Shown: positions 8,788-17,322 of the stretch, in pieces | How positions within the stretch are numbered: position 1 is the stretch's first letter | Layout: every line of letters starts with the position of its first letter | Source: Terriglobia bacterium | Lineage (GTDB): Bacteria; Acidobacteriota; Polarisedimenticolia; Polarisedimenticolales; JAIQFR01 | Direction: 5' to 3' | Assembly (NCBI GenBank): GCA_963748015.1 | Contig: CAVVHE010000008.1 | Location: 192,001 to 256,000, forward strand | Length of the DNA stretch: 64,000 nt | Program-made: the position numbers and the translations under genes | Notes under the pieces: generated by a model | What the model was told of the DNA's origin: nothing | What the model saw: only the letters and a program-made list of their open reading frames with translations | The model's database searches: none

Positions 8788-11673
8788 GTGACCACAGCAC
8801 GAACGCTACAGCCGGAGGACCAGATCGCCCACTACCGGATCGTCGCGCCGCTCGGAGCGGGCGGGATGGGCGAGGTCTACCTCGCCCAGGACAGTACGCT
8901 CGGAAGGCAGGTCGCCCTCAAGATCCTCCCTCCCGAGCTCGTGCGCAGCCAGGAGCGCGTCCGGCGCTTCGTCCAGGAGGCGAAGTCCGCGTCGTCGCTC
9001 AATCACCCCAACATCGTCACGATCTACGAGATCGGGGAGGACCAGGTTCGCCCGGCGTCCGGCGTTCCGGGCGTCGCATCCGGCTCGGTCCAGTACATCT
9101 CGATGGAGCTCGTCGCCGGGAAGACGCTGGGGGCGAAGATCTACGACGAGCGGGCCGATCTGAGAACGCTGCTCGGCTACCTCGCGCAGGCCGCTGAGGG
9201 GATCGCGAAGGCCCACGCGGCGGGCATCGTCCACCGGGACCTCAAGCCGGGGAACATCATGGTCTCCGACGACGGGTTCGCGAAGGTCCTCGACTTCGGC
9301 CTCGCCAAGCTCACGGAGACCCAGGCCGCGGACCCGGCGCTGTCGAGCGCGCCGACGCAGGACGGAGGCCACACGCAGGGCGGGGTCGCCATCGGCACCG
9401 CCGGCTACATGTCTCCCGAGCAAACCCTGGGCAAGATCGTGGACCCGAGGTCGGACATCTTCTCCTTCGGCTGCATCCTCTACGAGGCCGCGACGCGAAG
9501 TCGGCCATTCGTCGCCGACTCGACGGTCGAGACCATGCACCGGATCCTCCACGACAAGCCGAAGCCGGTCGAGGAGGTCAATCCGAAGGCTCCGGCCGAG
9601 CTGCGACGGCTGATCCGCAGGTGCCTGGCCAAGAGCCCCGACCAGCGCATGCAGTCGATGAAGGACCTCGCCCTCGTCCTGCGCGAGATCGTCGAGGAGT
9701 TCGAAACCCTCTCGGCCTCCGCCAGCTCGGGTTCCTCCGCTGGAAGCGGAACGGTCGCGGCGCTCCAGCCCGCGCCACAGCGGATGTCCCGCGGCTGGAT
9801 CGCTGCCGCCGTGGCCGCGGGCATCATCGGGATCATCGGGATCTTCCTCGGCGTCAACGGGCTACGGGCCCGGCGGGACGCGGCGAAAGGCGGCGACGCT
9901 CCGCCGCCGGCCCTCGAGGTTTCGAGCGTGCCGAGCCGGGGCGGCATTTCCTCGGTGGCGCTCTCGCCCGACGGCCGGTACCTCGCCTACGTCAGCGGCG
10001 CGGGAGGCCAGGCCTCCCTCTTCGTCCGCCAGATCTCGACCGGAAGCGAGATCAGGATCCTCGCGTCCCCGAAGCCGACGCTTTTCGTCTTGCCGTACTC
10101 TCCGAGCGGCGAGCACCTCTGGTATCTCGACTTCGCCTCGGAAAGCGAGGGAGGCTCGCTCTTTCAGGTGCCTTCGCTCGGCGGCACGCCGCGGAAGATC
10201 GCGAGCCAGGTCTTCTCGACCGTCAGCTTCTCGCCCGACGCCAAGCGAATCTGCTTCGGGCGGGTCAACCCGTCGACCGGCGAGCAGTCCATCGTCCTCC
10301 TCGACCTCGCCGGGGGCGGCGAGAAGACCCTCCTGACCCTCAAGATGCCGCTCGGCTTCGCCGGGGGGGCCTTCGCATGGTCGCCGGACGGCAAGACGAT
10401 CGCGGCGGCGGTGCACACGCCGGAGAACGGGGTCCATGCCCAGCTCGTCGTCGTCGGCGTCGAGGACGGCAAACAGGAGCGTTTCGGCGCGACCGGCTGG
10501 GAAGTCGACTCGCTGTCGTGGATGCCGGAGGGTCGAGGACTGCTCGTCTCGGCGTTCAAGTACGGGGTGACCGATTCGAGCCAGGTCTGGTCGGTCACCT
10601 ACCCCGGGGGCGAGAGCCGCCGGATCACCACCGACTACAACAACTACTCGGGACTGAGCCTGTCGCGCGACGGCCTTCTCTTCGCCTCCGCCAGGCAGTC
10701 CAGGGTCGCGAATCTCTGGGCCCTGCCGGCCGCGGGCAAGGAGCGTCCCCGCCAGCTGACCTTCAACGCGAGCAGCGACAGCTCCGTGGGCGATTTCTGC
10801 GTCGCGGGGAGCGACGCGATCCTGTTCTCGGCATCCGCGGCGCACCGCCGCCACGTCTACTCGATCGGGATCGACGGCGAGAGGCTCCGCCAGCTCACCT
10901 CGGGCGAGGACGACGAGAACGAGTTGCACTGCCTGCCCGGCGGCGCCTTCGTCGCCGCCTCCTACGGGGCGGACCACGTCGCCCACATCGTTCGGGCCAA
11001 CGCCGATGGAGGCAACTTGCGGCGGGTGACATCCGGCTCAGGCGAGTGGCTTCAGGACGTCTCGGCGGACGGGAAGGCCGTGCTCTTCCTGCGCGTGGAC
11101 AGCCTTCGCGACGTCTGGTCCGTGCCGCCGGACGGCGGCGAGGCTCGCAAGATCGCGACCAACTCGGATCAGGTCCTGGGCTTCTCTCCCGACCGCACGA
11201 AGGTCGCCTACCTGATGCCGCCCGAGATCGAGGGGCGATCCGACCGAAGGCTCCTCGTCGTTCCGGCCTCGGGAGGAGAGGCGACGGCGCGGCTGTCGCT
11301 TCCCCCCTCGTCCTCCGGCTACAAGTGGGCGCCCGACGGGAGCGCGATTTCGTTCCTGGCGGGCGAGAGCGTGTCGAATCTGTTCCGCCAGGCGCTCGGC
11401 AGCGGGACCGCGCAGCAGATCACCCGGTTCGCCGACGGGCAGATCCGTGGCTACGCGTGGAGCGCCGACGGGAAGACGGCACTGCTCATCCGGCAGCTCG
11501 GGGACGTCTCCAACCTCTGGGCGGTCGGGCCCGACGGCCGCGATCCCGTCGCGCTCACCGACTTCCTGACCGGGTCGATCTTCGACCTCCACCTCACCCA
11601 GGACGGCAAGACCATCGTCTTCACCTACGGCAACGAAACCCAGGACGCCGTGCTGGTGAAGAACTTCCGCTAG
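8788..11673 (+). CDS. Hanks-type Ser/Thr kinase with TM helix and TolB-like (PD40) beta-propeller
   Basis: LGAGGMGEVY, VALKIL, HRDLKPGN, DFGLAK and GTAGYMSPEQ motifs; hydrophobic helix; many xSPDG repeats. Confidence 0.95.
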   Translation: MTTARTLQPEDQIAHYRIVAPLGAGGMGEVYLAQDSTLGRQVALKILPPELVRSQERVRRFVQEAKSASSLNHPNIVTIYEIGEDQVRPASGVPGVASGSVQYISMELVAGKTLGAKIYDERADLRTLLGYLAQAAEGIAKAHAAGIVHRDLKPGNIMVSDDGFAKVLDFGLAKLTETQAADPALSSAPTQDGGHTQGGVAIGTAGYMSPEQTLGKIVDPRSDIFSFGCILYEAATRSRPFVADSTVETMHRILHDKPKPVEEVNPKAPAELRRLIRRCLAKSPDQRMQSMKDLALVLREIVEEFETLSASASSGSSAGSGTVAALQPAPQRMSRGWIAAAVAAGIIGIIGIFLGVNGLRARRDAAKGGDAPPPALEVSSVPSRGGISSVALSPDGRYLAYVSGAGGQASLFVRQISTGSEIRILASPKPTLFVLPYSPSGEHLWYLDFASESEGGSLFQVPSLGGTPRKIASQVFSTVSFSPDAKRICFGRVNPSTGEQSIVLLDLAGGGEKTLLTLKMPLGFAGGAFAWSPDGKTIAAAVHTPENGVHAQLVVVGVEDGKQERFGATGWEVDSLSWMPEGRGLLVSAFKYGVTDSSQVWSVTYPGGESRRITTDYNNYSGLSLSRDGLLFASARQSRVANLWALPAAGKERPRQLTFNASSDSSVGDFCVAGSDAILFSASAAHRRHVYSIGIDGERLRQLTSGEDDENELHCLPGGAFVAASYGADHVAHIVRANADGGNLRRVTSGSGEWLQDVSADGKAVLFLRVDSLRDVWSVPPDGGEARKIATNSDQVLGFSPDRTKVAYLMPPEIEGRSDRRLLVVPASGGEATARLSLPPSSSGYKWAPDGSAISFLAGESVSNLFRQALGSGTAQQITRFADGQIRGYAWSADGKTALLIRQLGDVSNLWAVGPDGRDPVALTDFLTGSIFDLHLTQDGKTIVFTYGNETQDAVLVKNFR

Positions 11674-11693
11674 CCCGTGGCGTCAGAGAACCC

Positions 11694-11711
11694 CGGAGTC
11701 CGCGGACTCCG
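11694..11711. terminator. 18-bp palindrome between convergent genes, possible bidirectional terminator
   Basis: CGGAGTCCGCGGACTCCG; no U-tract. Confidence 0.4.
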
Positions 11712-11744
11712 AGGCCGCGCCCCAAGGGGGAGAAGGAGGGCGCG

Positions 11745-12110
11745 TTAGAAGATCGGGGCCTTCTCGCGGCGGTAGAACTTGTAGGTGTAGACGGTGACCT
11801 TGAGGTCGATCGGCTGCTCGTAGGAGGCGGTGATGATCATCTCGCCGGCGGTCCGCTGGACCTTGAGGTCCTTCTTCTTGAGCGGGATCTCGAGCTGGAC
11901 CGCCTTGTCGAGGATCCGCTTCGCGACCTCGGCGTCCTGGCTCCGCACCGCGGCGAAACGGCACTCCTCGGTGATGAAATCGCCGAACTCGTAGGCGTTG
12001 ATGCGGACCGGGATGATCTTGACCCCGACGAATATCCCGACCGCCAGGAGCGCCAGGGAAACCAGGAGCCCGATCCGTCCTTCGCCCCTCTGATCTCGAA
12101 TCGTGGCCAC
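11745..12110 (-). CDS. Small membrane-anchored protein with prepilin-like N-terminus (DUF4845-like)
   Basis: C-terminal 121 aa of ORF 11745..12923: GTG start, RDQRGEG then hydrophobic helix, VKIIPV and ASYEQPIDL. Confidence 0.65.
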   Translation of the reverse strand: MATIRDQRGEGRIGLLVSLALLAVGIFVGVKIIPVRINAYEFGDFITEECRFAAVRSQDAEVAKRILDKAVQLEIPLKKKDLKVQRTAGEMIITASYEQPIDLKVTVYTYKFYRREKAPIF

Positions 12111-12278
12111 GTCGCGCTCCCCGGGGGCGACCGTCCGCCCCATACCGCGGCGGTGTGCCGCGGCCGGGGTCGAATATAGGTTTCGGCCTCCCTCCCGACA
12201 ACCCGCCCCCCGGCCCGCTCCGACCGGCTGCCGGCCGGGGACGGAATGCTCGCATAATGCCCGGAGGAGGGAGGCCCG

Positions 12279-12695
12279 ATGAAGTCCGCGACCCGCTATC
12301 TGACGTTCGAGGTCCAGGCCCGGATGGACTTCGTGAACATCACGCGCGAAGTGCAGAAGGTGGTGGAGGAGAGCGGCATCCGGGAGGGGCTCTGCCTCGT
12401 CAACGCGATGCATATCACCGCCAGCGTCTTCATCAACGACGACGAGCCGGGGCTCCACGAGGACTACAAGGAGTGGCTCGAGCGCCTCGCCCCGCACGAC
12501 CCCGCCCGCTACCGTCACAACCGGACGGGGGAGGACAACGGGGACGCCCACCACAAGCGGCAGGTCATGGGCCGGGAGGTCGTGGTGGCGATCACGAAGG
12601 GCCGGCTCGATTTCGGCCCGTGGGAGCAGATCTTCTACGGCGAGTTCGACGGCAGGCGGTCTAAGCGCGTGCTGGTGAAGGCGATCGGAGAGTAG
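12279..12695 (+). CDS. yjbQ: UPF0047 / YjbQ family protein
   Basis: [22 protein letters not shown] and [16 protein letters not shown] motifs. Confidence 0.92.
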   Translation: MKSATRYLTFEVQARMDFVNITREVQKVVEESGIREGLCLVNAMHITASVFINDDEPGLHEDYKEWLERLAPHDPARYRHNRTGEDNGDAHHKRQVMGREVVVAITKGRLDFGPWEQIFYGEFDGRRSKRVLVKAIGE

Positions 12696-12721
12696 GCGCG
12701 CCCCGGGAAGGCCGCCGCGCG

Positions 12722-13165
12722 CTATCTCTTGAAGAGGCTGTCGAACGCCGACTTCGGGTCGTTCGACTGGGGCGTGCCGGACCTGCGGCCGGTGGCATCG
12801 AGGACGAGGCGCGCGGCGTACAGGGTGCACGGGTTCGCTTTCCCCTTGTCGGGGACCCGCTCCGGGACGTCCGCGCGGCACTCGAAGCGCGCCGCGGTGT
12901 CGAAATGCCGGCAGGCGCGGCACGAGTGGAGCGGCGCGTTGCAGTGGGGGCAGGCCGACTCCGGTCCGATCGCCCCGATCGCCGGGATGTTGCGCCCGCA
13001 GTCCGGGCAGCGCACTACCTCGTTCGCCTCGCGGTTCAGCGCGTGTTTGAGCGACCGCTGCTGCGCCTTCTCCTCGGGCGTGAGCGGCTGCGGCGGCGGA
13101 TTGCGCGGTCCGCGATCCTGCCGCTCGCTATCCTTGTAGCCGTGCTGCCGGTACTTCTGGGCCAA
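12722..13165 (-). CDS. Conserved hypothetical Cys-rich (zinc-binding) protein
   Basis: TTG start after GGAGGGA RBS; CPDC, CPHC and CRACRHFD...FEC...KANPC motifs; ends AFDSLFKR. Confidence 0.7.
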   Translation of the reverse strand: MAQKYRQHGYKDSERQDRGPRNPPPQPLTPEEKAQQRSLKHALNREANEVVRCPDCGRNIPAIGAIGPESACPHCNAPLHSCRACRHFDTAARFECRADVPERVPDKGKANPCTLYAARLVLDATGRRSGTPQSNDPKSAFDSLFKR

Positions 13166-13197
13166 CGGAATCCCTCCATCTCCTCGATGGGGACCGA

Positions 13198-14418
13198 TCA
13201 GGCCAGTTCGCGGAACGTCTCCTCGATCCGCTCGCACGCCCAGTCCAGCTCCTCCCGCGAGATCACGAGGGGGGGCGCGAAACGGATCGTGTTCACGTGG
13301 GTCTCCTTGCACAGGAGCCCCTTCGCCATCAGCGCCTCGCAGAAGCGGCGCGCTCCGCCGGCTTCGGGTCTCAGCTCGAGGCCGATCCACAGCCCTTTGC
13401 CCCGGATCTCCTTCACGTGCGGGCCCCGGATTCCCCGGAGCCGCTGGAGGAAATAGGCGCCGAGCCGCTCCGAGTTCTCGATCAGCTTCTCGTCCACCAG
13501 GACCGCCAGCGCCTCCTGCGCCACCGCGGCGGCGAGCGGGTTCCCGCCGAAGGTCGAGCCGTGGTCGCCGGGGTGGAACACCCCCATGACCTCGTCGTCG
13601 GCCAGGATGGCGGAGACGGGATAGAAGCCGCCGCCGAGCGCCTTGCCGACGATCACGATGTCGGGACGCACCCCATCGTGCTCGAACGCGAAGAGCTTGC
13701 CGGTGCGGCCGAGCCCCGACTGGATCTCGTCCACGACGAACAGCGCCCGGTGCTTCCGGCACTCGTCCTCGATCCCCTTGAGGAAGCCGTCGGGCGGGAC
13801 GACGATCCCGCTCTCGCCCTGGATCGGCTCCACGAGCACGGCCACGACGTTCGGGGTCATCGCGCGCCGCACCGCCTCGAGATCGCCGTAAGGCAGGATC
13901 CTGAAGCCGGGGGTGAACGGACCGAAGCCGTCGCGGTACTGCGGGTCGTCGGAGAAGCTGACGATGGTCGTCGTGCGGCCGTGGAAGTTCCCCGAGAACA
14001 CCAGGATCTCGGCCTCGCCGTCGGCCACTCCCTTGACCTTGTAGCCCCACTTGCGGGCGGCCTTCACCGCCGTCTCCACGGCCTCCGCCCCCGAGTTCAT
14101 CGGGAGCATCCGGCTGTAGCCGGTCAGCTCGGCAACCTGCTTGTAGAGCGGCCCGAGCTGGTCGTTCCGGAAGGCCCGGGACGTCAGCGTGACCTTGCTC
14201 GACTGATCGATCAGCGCCTGCCGGATGCGCGGGTGGCAGTGTCCCTGGTTCACCGCGGAATACGCCGCCAGGAAGTCGAGGTAGCGGTTCCCCTCCACGT
14301 CCCAGACCCAGACGCCCTCGGCCCGCGCCACGACCACGTCCAGCGGGTGATAGTTGTGTGCGCCGAATTCGTCCTCGAGCCGAATGTAGTCGTTCGCGGA
14401 CTTCTTCACGGTCTCCAT
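13198..14418 (-). CDS. rocD: Ornithine--oxo-acid aminotransferase
   Basis: GAHNYHPL, YSAVNQGHCHP, LTSRAF, DEIQSGLGRTG and HGSTFGGNPL motifs. Confidence 0.95.
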   Translation of the reverse strand: METVKKSANDYIRLEDEFGAHNYHPLDVVVARAEGVWVWDVEGNRYLDFLAAYSAVNQGHCHPRIRQALIDQSSKVTLTSRAFRNDQLGPLYKQVAELTGYSRMLPMNSGAEAVETAVKAARKWGYKVKGVADGEAEILVFSGNFHGRTTTIVSFSDDPQYRDGFGPFTPGFRILPYGDLEAVRRAMTPNVVAVLVEPIQGESGIVVPPDGFLKGIEDECRKHRALFVVDEIQSGLGRTGKLFAFEHDGVRPDIVIVGKALGGGFYPVSAILADDEVMGVFHPGDHGSTFGGNPLAAAVAQEALAVLVDEKLIENSERLGAYFLQRLRGIRGPHVKEIRGKGLWIGLELRPEAGGARRFCEALMAKGLLCKETHVNTIRFAPPLVISREELDWACERIEETFRELA

Positions 14419-14533
14419 GGTCTCCAGGGCTCCTTGGCGCTCCTCGCGGTCCTGCGTCGTCGAGGGCTGCGTGTTCGGGTACTGGGGCGCGATTCGTGGA
14501 TGAAGGATAGCACAGGGCGGCGCACCGGGCCTC

Positions 14534-14560
14534 GGCCTGCCCTGAGCTTGTCGAAGGGCC
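14534..14560. repeat. Single copy of a widespread REP-like short repeat (CCCTGAGCTTGTCGAAGGG)
   Basis: GGCCTGCCCTGAGCTTGTCGAAGGGCC in the divergent rocD/MMPL intergenic region. Confidence 0.5.
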
Positions 14561-14651
14561 CGCTTGACGCGCCCCGGGCCGGGCGGAATAATCGCGCTTC
14601 GCGGCCCGGACCCGGGTTTTTCCCCGACGACACCGCTGGAGCGCCTGCTGC

Positions 14652-17318
14652 ATGGATCAGAGCGAGATCGGCGAGCCCACGACCGGCCGCAAGCAGCGAT
14701 GGCTCCTCAAGGCGGAGAGCTTCAGCCGTCGCCGGTGGGGCGTCGTCTTCCTCATCACGGCGCTGGCGGTGACGGCGGCCTCGTGGCTCGGCTCGCGTCT
14801 CGAGCTCGAGTCCGACGTTCTCCAGCTGGTTCCGCGCGGCAACCGCAAGATCGACACTTTCAAGAGCGCGCTGCGCGATTTCGGCTCGATCGACTACCTC
14901 ATGGTCCTCCTCGAGGCGGGGGAGGGGGAGGGGCCCGACGAGCTCGAGGACTTCGCCGACGCGCTCGCCGAGAGGCTCCAGGAGCGGCGCGACCTCGTGC
15001 AGTTCGTCGAGTACCGGTTCCAGCCGGACGCCGGGTTCCTGAAGCTGTTCTCCGAGAACGCCCTGCTCTTCCTTCCTCCCGAGCAGCTCGGGGAGGTCGC
15101 GGCGAAGCTGAGCGACGAGGCGATCCTCCGGCAGTTCCGCGAGAACCGGCTGGCGCAGGCCTCGCCGACGGCGACCCTCGCGGAAGATCTCGTCCTGCAC
15201 GACCCGCTCGGCCTCATGCCGCTCTTCATCAACCGGCTGCTGGGCCACCGCGGGGCGCTCAAGATCGACCTCTCCGACGGCTATTACCTCGCTCGCGACG
15301 GCCGGAGCCTGATCCTGCTGGTCAAACCCACCGGCCACTCGCAGGACATGGACTTCAACCGGAGGCTGCTCGACGCGGTACGGGCCGACGAGGCGGAGAC
15401 GCGGGCGGAGATCGAGAGGGATGCCGGCCCTTCCGCGAAGCCGCCGGGGATCGTCGCGCGGTACAGCGGCAACCACGCCATGGCCCTCGAGGAGGCCGCC
15501 CTGGTCCGCCAGGACGTGAGGTTCAACCTCTTCGCCTCGCTCCTCGCGGTCTCCGGCCTCTACTGGCTTTGCTACCGGCGGTTCGCCGCGCTGCTCTACT
15601 CCACCGTGCCGCTCCTCGTCGGCCAGGCGCTCACCTTCGCGGTGGCGTTCTTCGCGTTCGGGAGGCTGAACTCGGCGTCGTCCTCGTTCACCGCGCTACT
15701 CATGGGGCTGGGCACCGACTTCACGATCGTGATGTACGCCCGCTACGTGGAGGAGCGGCAGCGCGGCGCGACGCTCGCGGAAGCCACGCAGCTGATGGTG
15801 GGAGAGACGGGCCTCGGCGTCTTCACCGGCGCGATCACCTCCGCCGGGACGTTCTACGCGCTCTGCATCAGCAGCTTCGGCGGCCTCTTCGACCTCGGCT
15901 TCCTGATCGGGACCGGAATCCTCCTCTGCGCGCTGGTGATCATCTTCCTCCTCCCGGCGATGATCGCCTGGAACGAGGGGGTCCGCTCCCGCCGCACGGA
16001 CGTCGTGGGGAAGCTCCACCTCCAGTCGTTCGGCGTCGAGCGCGTGATGCCGTTCTGCGCGCGCCATCGCGCGGCGACCATCGCGGTCATCGCGCTGCTG
16101 ACCGGCGCGTCGCTGGCGCTCGCCACCCGGCTCGACTTCGACGACAGCATCAAGGCGCTACGCAGCAACAACTCCGCGTCCACCCGCACGCTCGACGACA
16201 TCTCCGACCGGTTCGGCGCCTCCCTCTCGTACATGATGGCGATCGCCGAGGGGAAGACGGTGGACGAGGCGATGGCGAGGACGCAGAAGATCGACGAGCG
16301 CCTCGAGCCCTTCCTCCGCGACGGCACCATCGGCTCGGCGGAGTCGATCCTCTCGTACCTTCCCCCCGCGGCGCAGCAGGAGAAGGTCATCGAGGAGCTC
16401 AAGGCCGGCTCGCGGGACGCGTTCGATCCCCGGAGGATCGAGGGGACGTTCCTGCGGGCCCTCGAGGAGAGCGGTTTCCGCCGCGAGCCGTTCGCGGAAT
16501 ACCTCGACCGGATGCGCCGCTTCCTCACGCCGGGCCGGCCGATCACCGTGGAGGACCTGTCCCGGCAGGGGCTCGGGAGACTCGTGGACCGCTACGTGAA
16601 CCGCGGTCCCGACGGCGTGCGGATCGTGACGTATCTCTACCCGACGGAGCGGAAATGGAAGCGAGAGGCCCCCCCCGGCCTCGTCGATGCGCTCACCGCC
16701 GGCGACGACGGAATCGTGGTGACCGGCACGAACGTGGTGGGCCAGGAGATGCGGCGCGTGTTCTCCCGGGACGCCGTTCGGGCCGTCCTGCTCGGCCTCG
16801 TCCTGGTCGGAGCCCTCCTCCTCATGGACTTCTACACGCTCGCCGGGATCGCGCAGCCCGGCTGTCCCTCGAGGCAGGACGCTCCGGGAAGCCGGCCCGG
16901 CGGCGCCCGGCTGCTGCGGAGCCTGCGCCTGACCGCGGTCGCGATGCTGCAGCTGCTGACCGGGGTGGTCATGATGTTCGGGCTCATGCGGCTCTCGGGG
17001 ATTCCGATCAACTACGTCAACGCCTTCGTGGCGACGATGATCCTCGGTGTGGGCATCGACTACAGCATCCACCTCGTGAACCGCATGAATCTGAGCGGCG
17101 GGGTCGTGGACGAGGGGCTCCTCGAGACCGGCAAGGCGGTGGTCATGGCGGCGATGACCAACGTCGCAGGCTTCGGCACCCTCATGCTAGGCAATTACCC
17201 CGCGCTCAGGAGCCTGGGCACCGTCGCGCTGTTCGGCTCGGTCACCTGCCTCTTCACCTCGCTCACGCTGGTCCCCGCACTGATGGCCCGGCGAGATCGT
17301 GAAGATCGGGTAGGATAG
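14652..17318 (+). CDS. MMPL/RND-family transporter (predicted lipid exporter)
   Basis: Two TM + periplasmic + 5TM halves; GLGTDFTI and GVGIDYSIH motifs. Confidence 0.88.
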   Translation: MDQSEIGEPTTGRKQRWLLKAESFSRRRWGVVFLITALAVTAASWLGSRLELESDVLQLVPRGNRKIDTFKSALRDFGSIDYLMVLLEAGEGEGPDELEDFADALAERLQERRDLVQFVEYRFQPDAGFLKLFSENALLFLPPEQLGEVAAKLSDEAILRQFRENRLAQASPTATLAEDLVLHDPLGLMPLFINRLLGHRGALKIDLSDGYYLARDGRSLILLVKPTGHSQDMDFNRRLLDAVRADEAETRAEIERDAGPSAKPPGIVARYSGNHAMALEEAALVRQDVRFNLFASLLAVSGLYWLCYRRFAALLYSTVPLLVGQALTFAVAFFAFGRLNSASSSFTALLMGLGTDFTIVMYARYVEERQRGATLAEATQLMVGETGLGVFTGAITSAGTFYALCISSFGGLFDLGFLIGTGILLCALVIIFLLPAMIAWNEGVRSRRTDVVGKLHLQSFGVERVMPFCARHRAATIAVIALLTGASLALATRLDFDDSIKALRSNNSASTRTLDDISDRFGASLSYMMAIAEGKTVDEAMARTQKIDERLEPFLRDGTIGSAESILSYLPPAAQQEKVIEELKAGSRDAFDPRRIEGTFLRALEESGFRREPFAEYLDRMRRFLTPGRPITVEDLSRQGLGRLVDRYVNRGPDGVRIVTYLYPTERKWKREAPPGLVDALTAGDDGIVVTGTNVVGQEMRRVFSRDAVRAVLLGLVLVGALLLMDFYTLAGIAQPGCPSRQDAPGSRPGGARLLRSLRLTAVAMLQLLTGVVMMFGLMRLSGIPINYVNAFVATMILGVGIDYSIHLVNRMNLSGGVVDEGLLETGKAVVMAAMTNVAGFGTLMLGNYPALRSLGTVALFGSVTCLFTSLTLVPALMARRDREDRVG

Positions 17319-17322
17319 CCGG

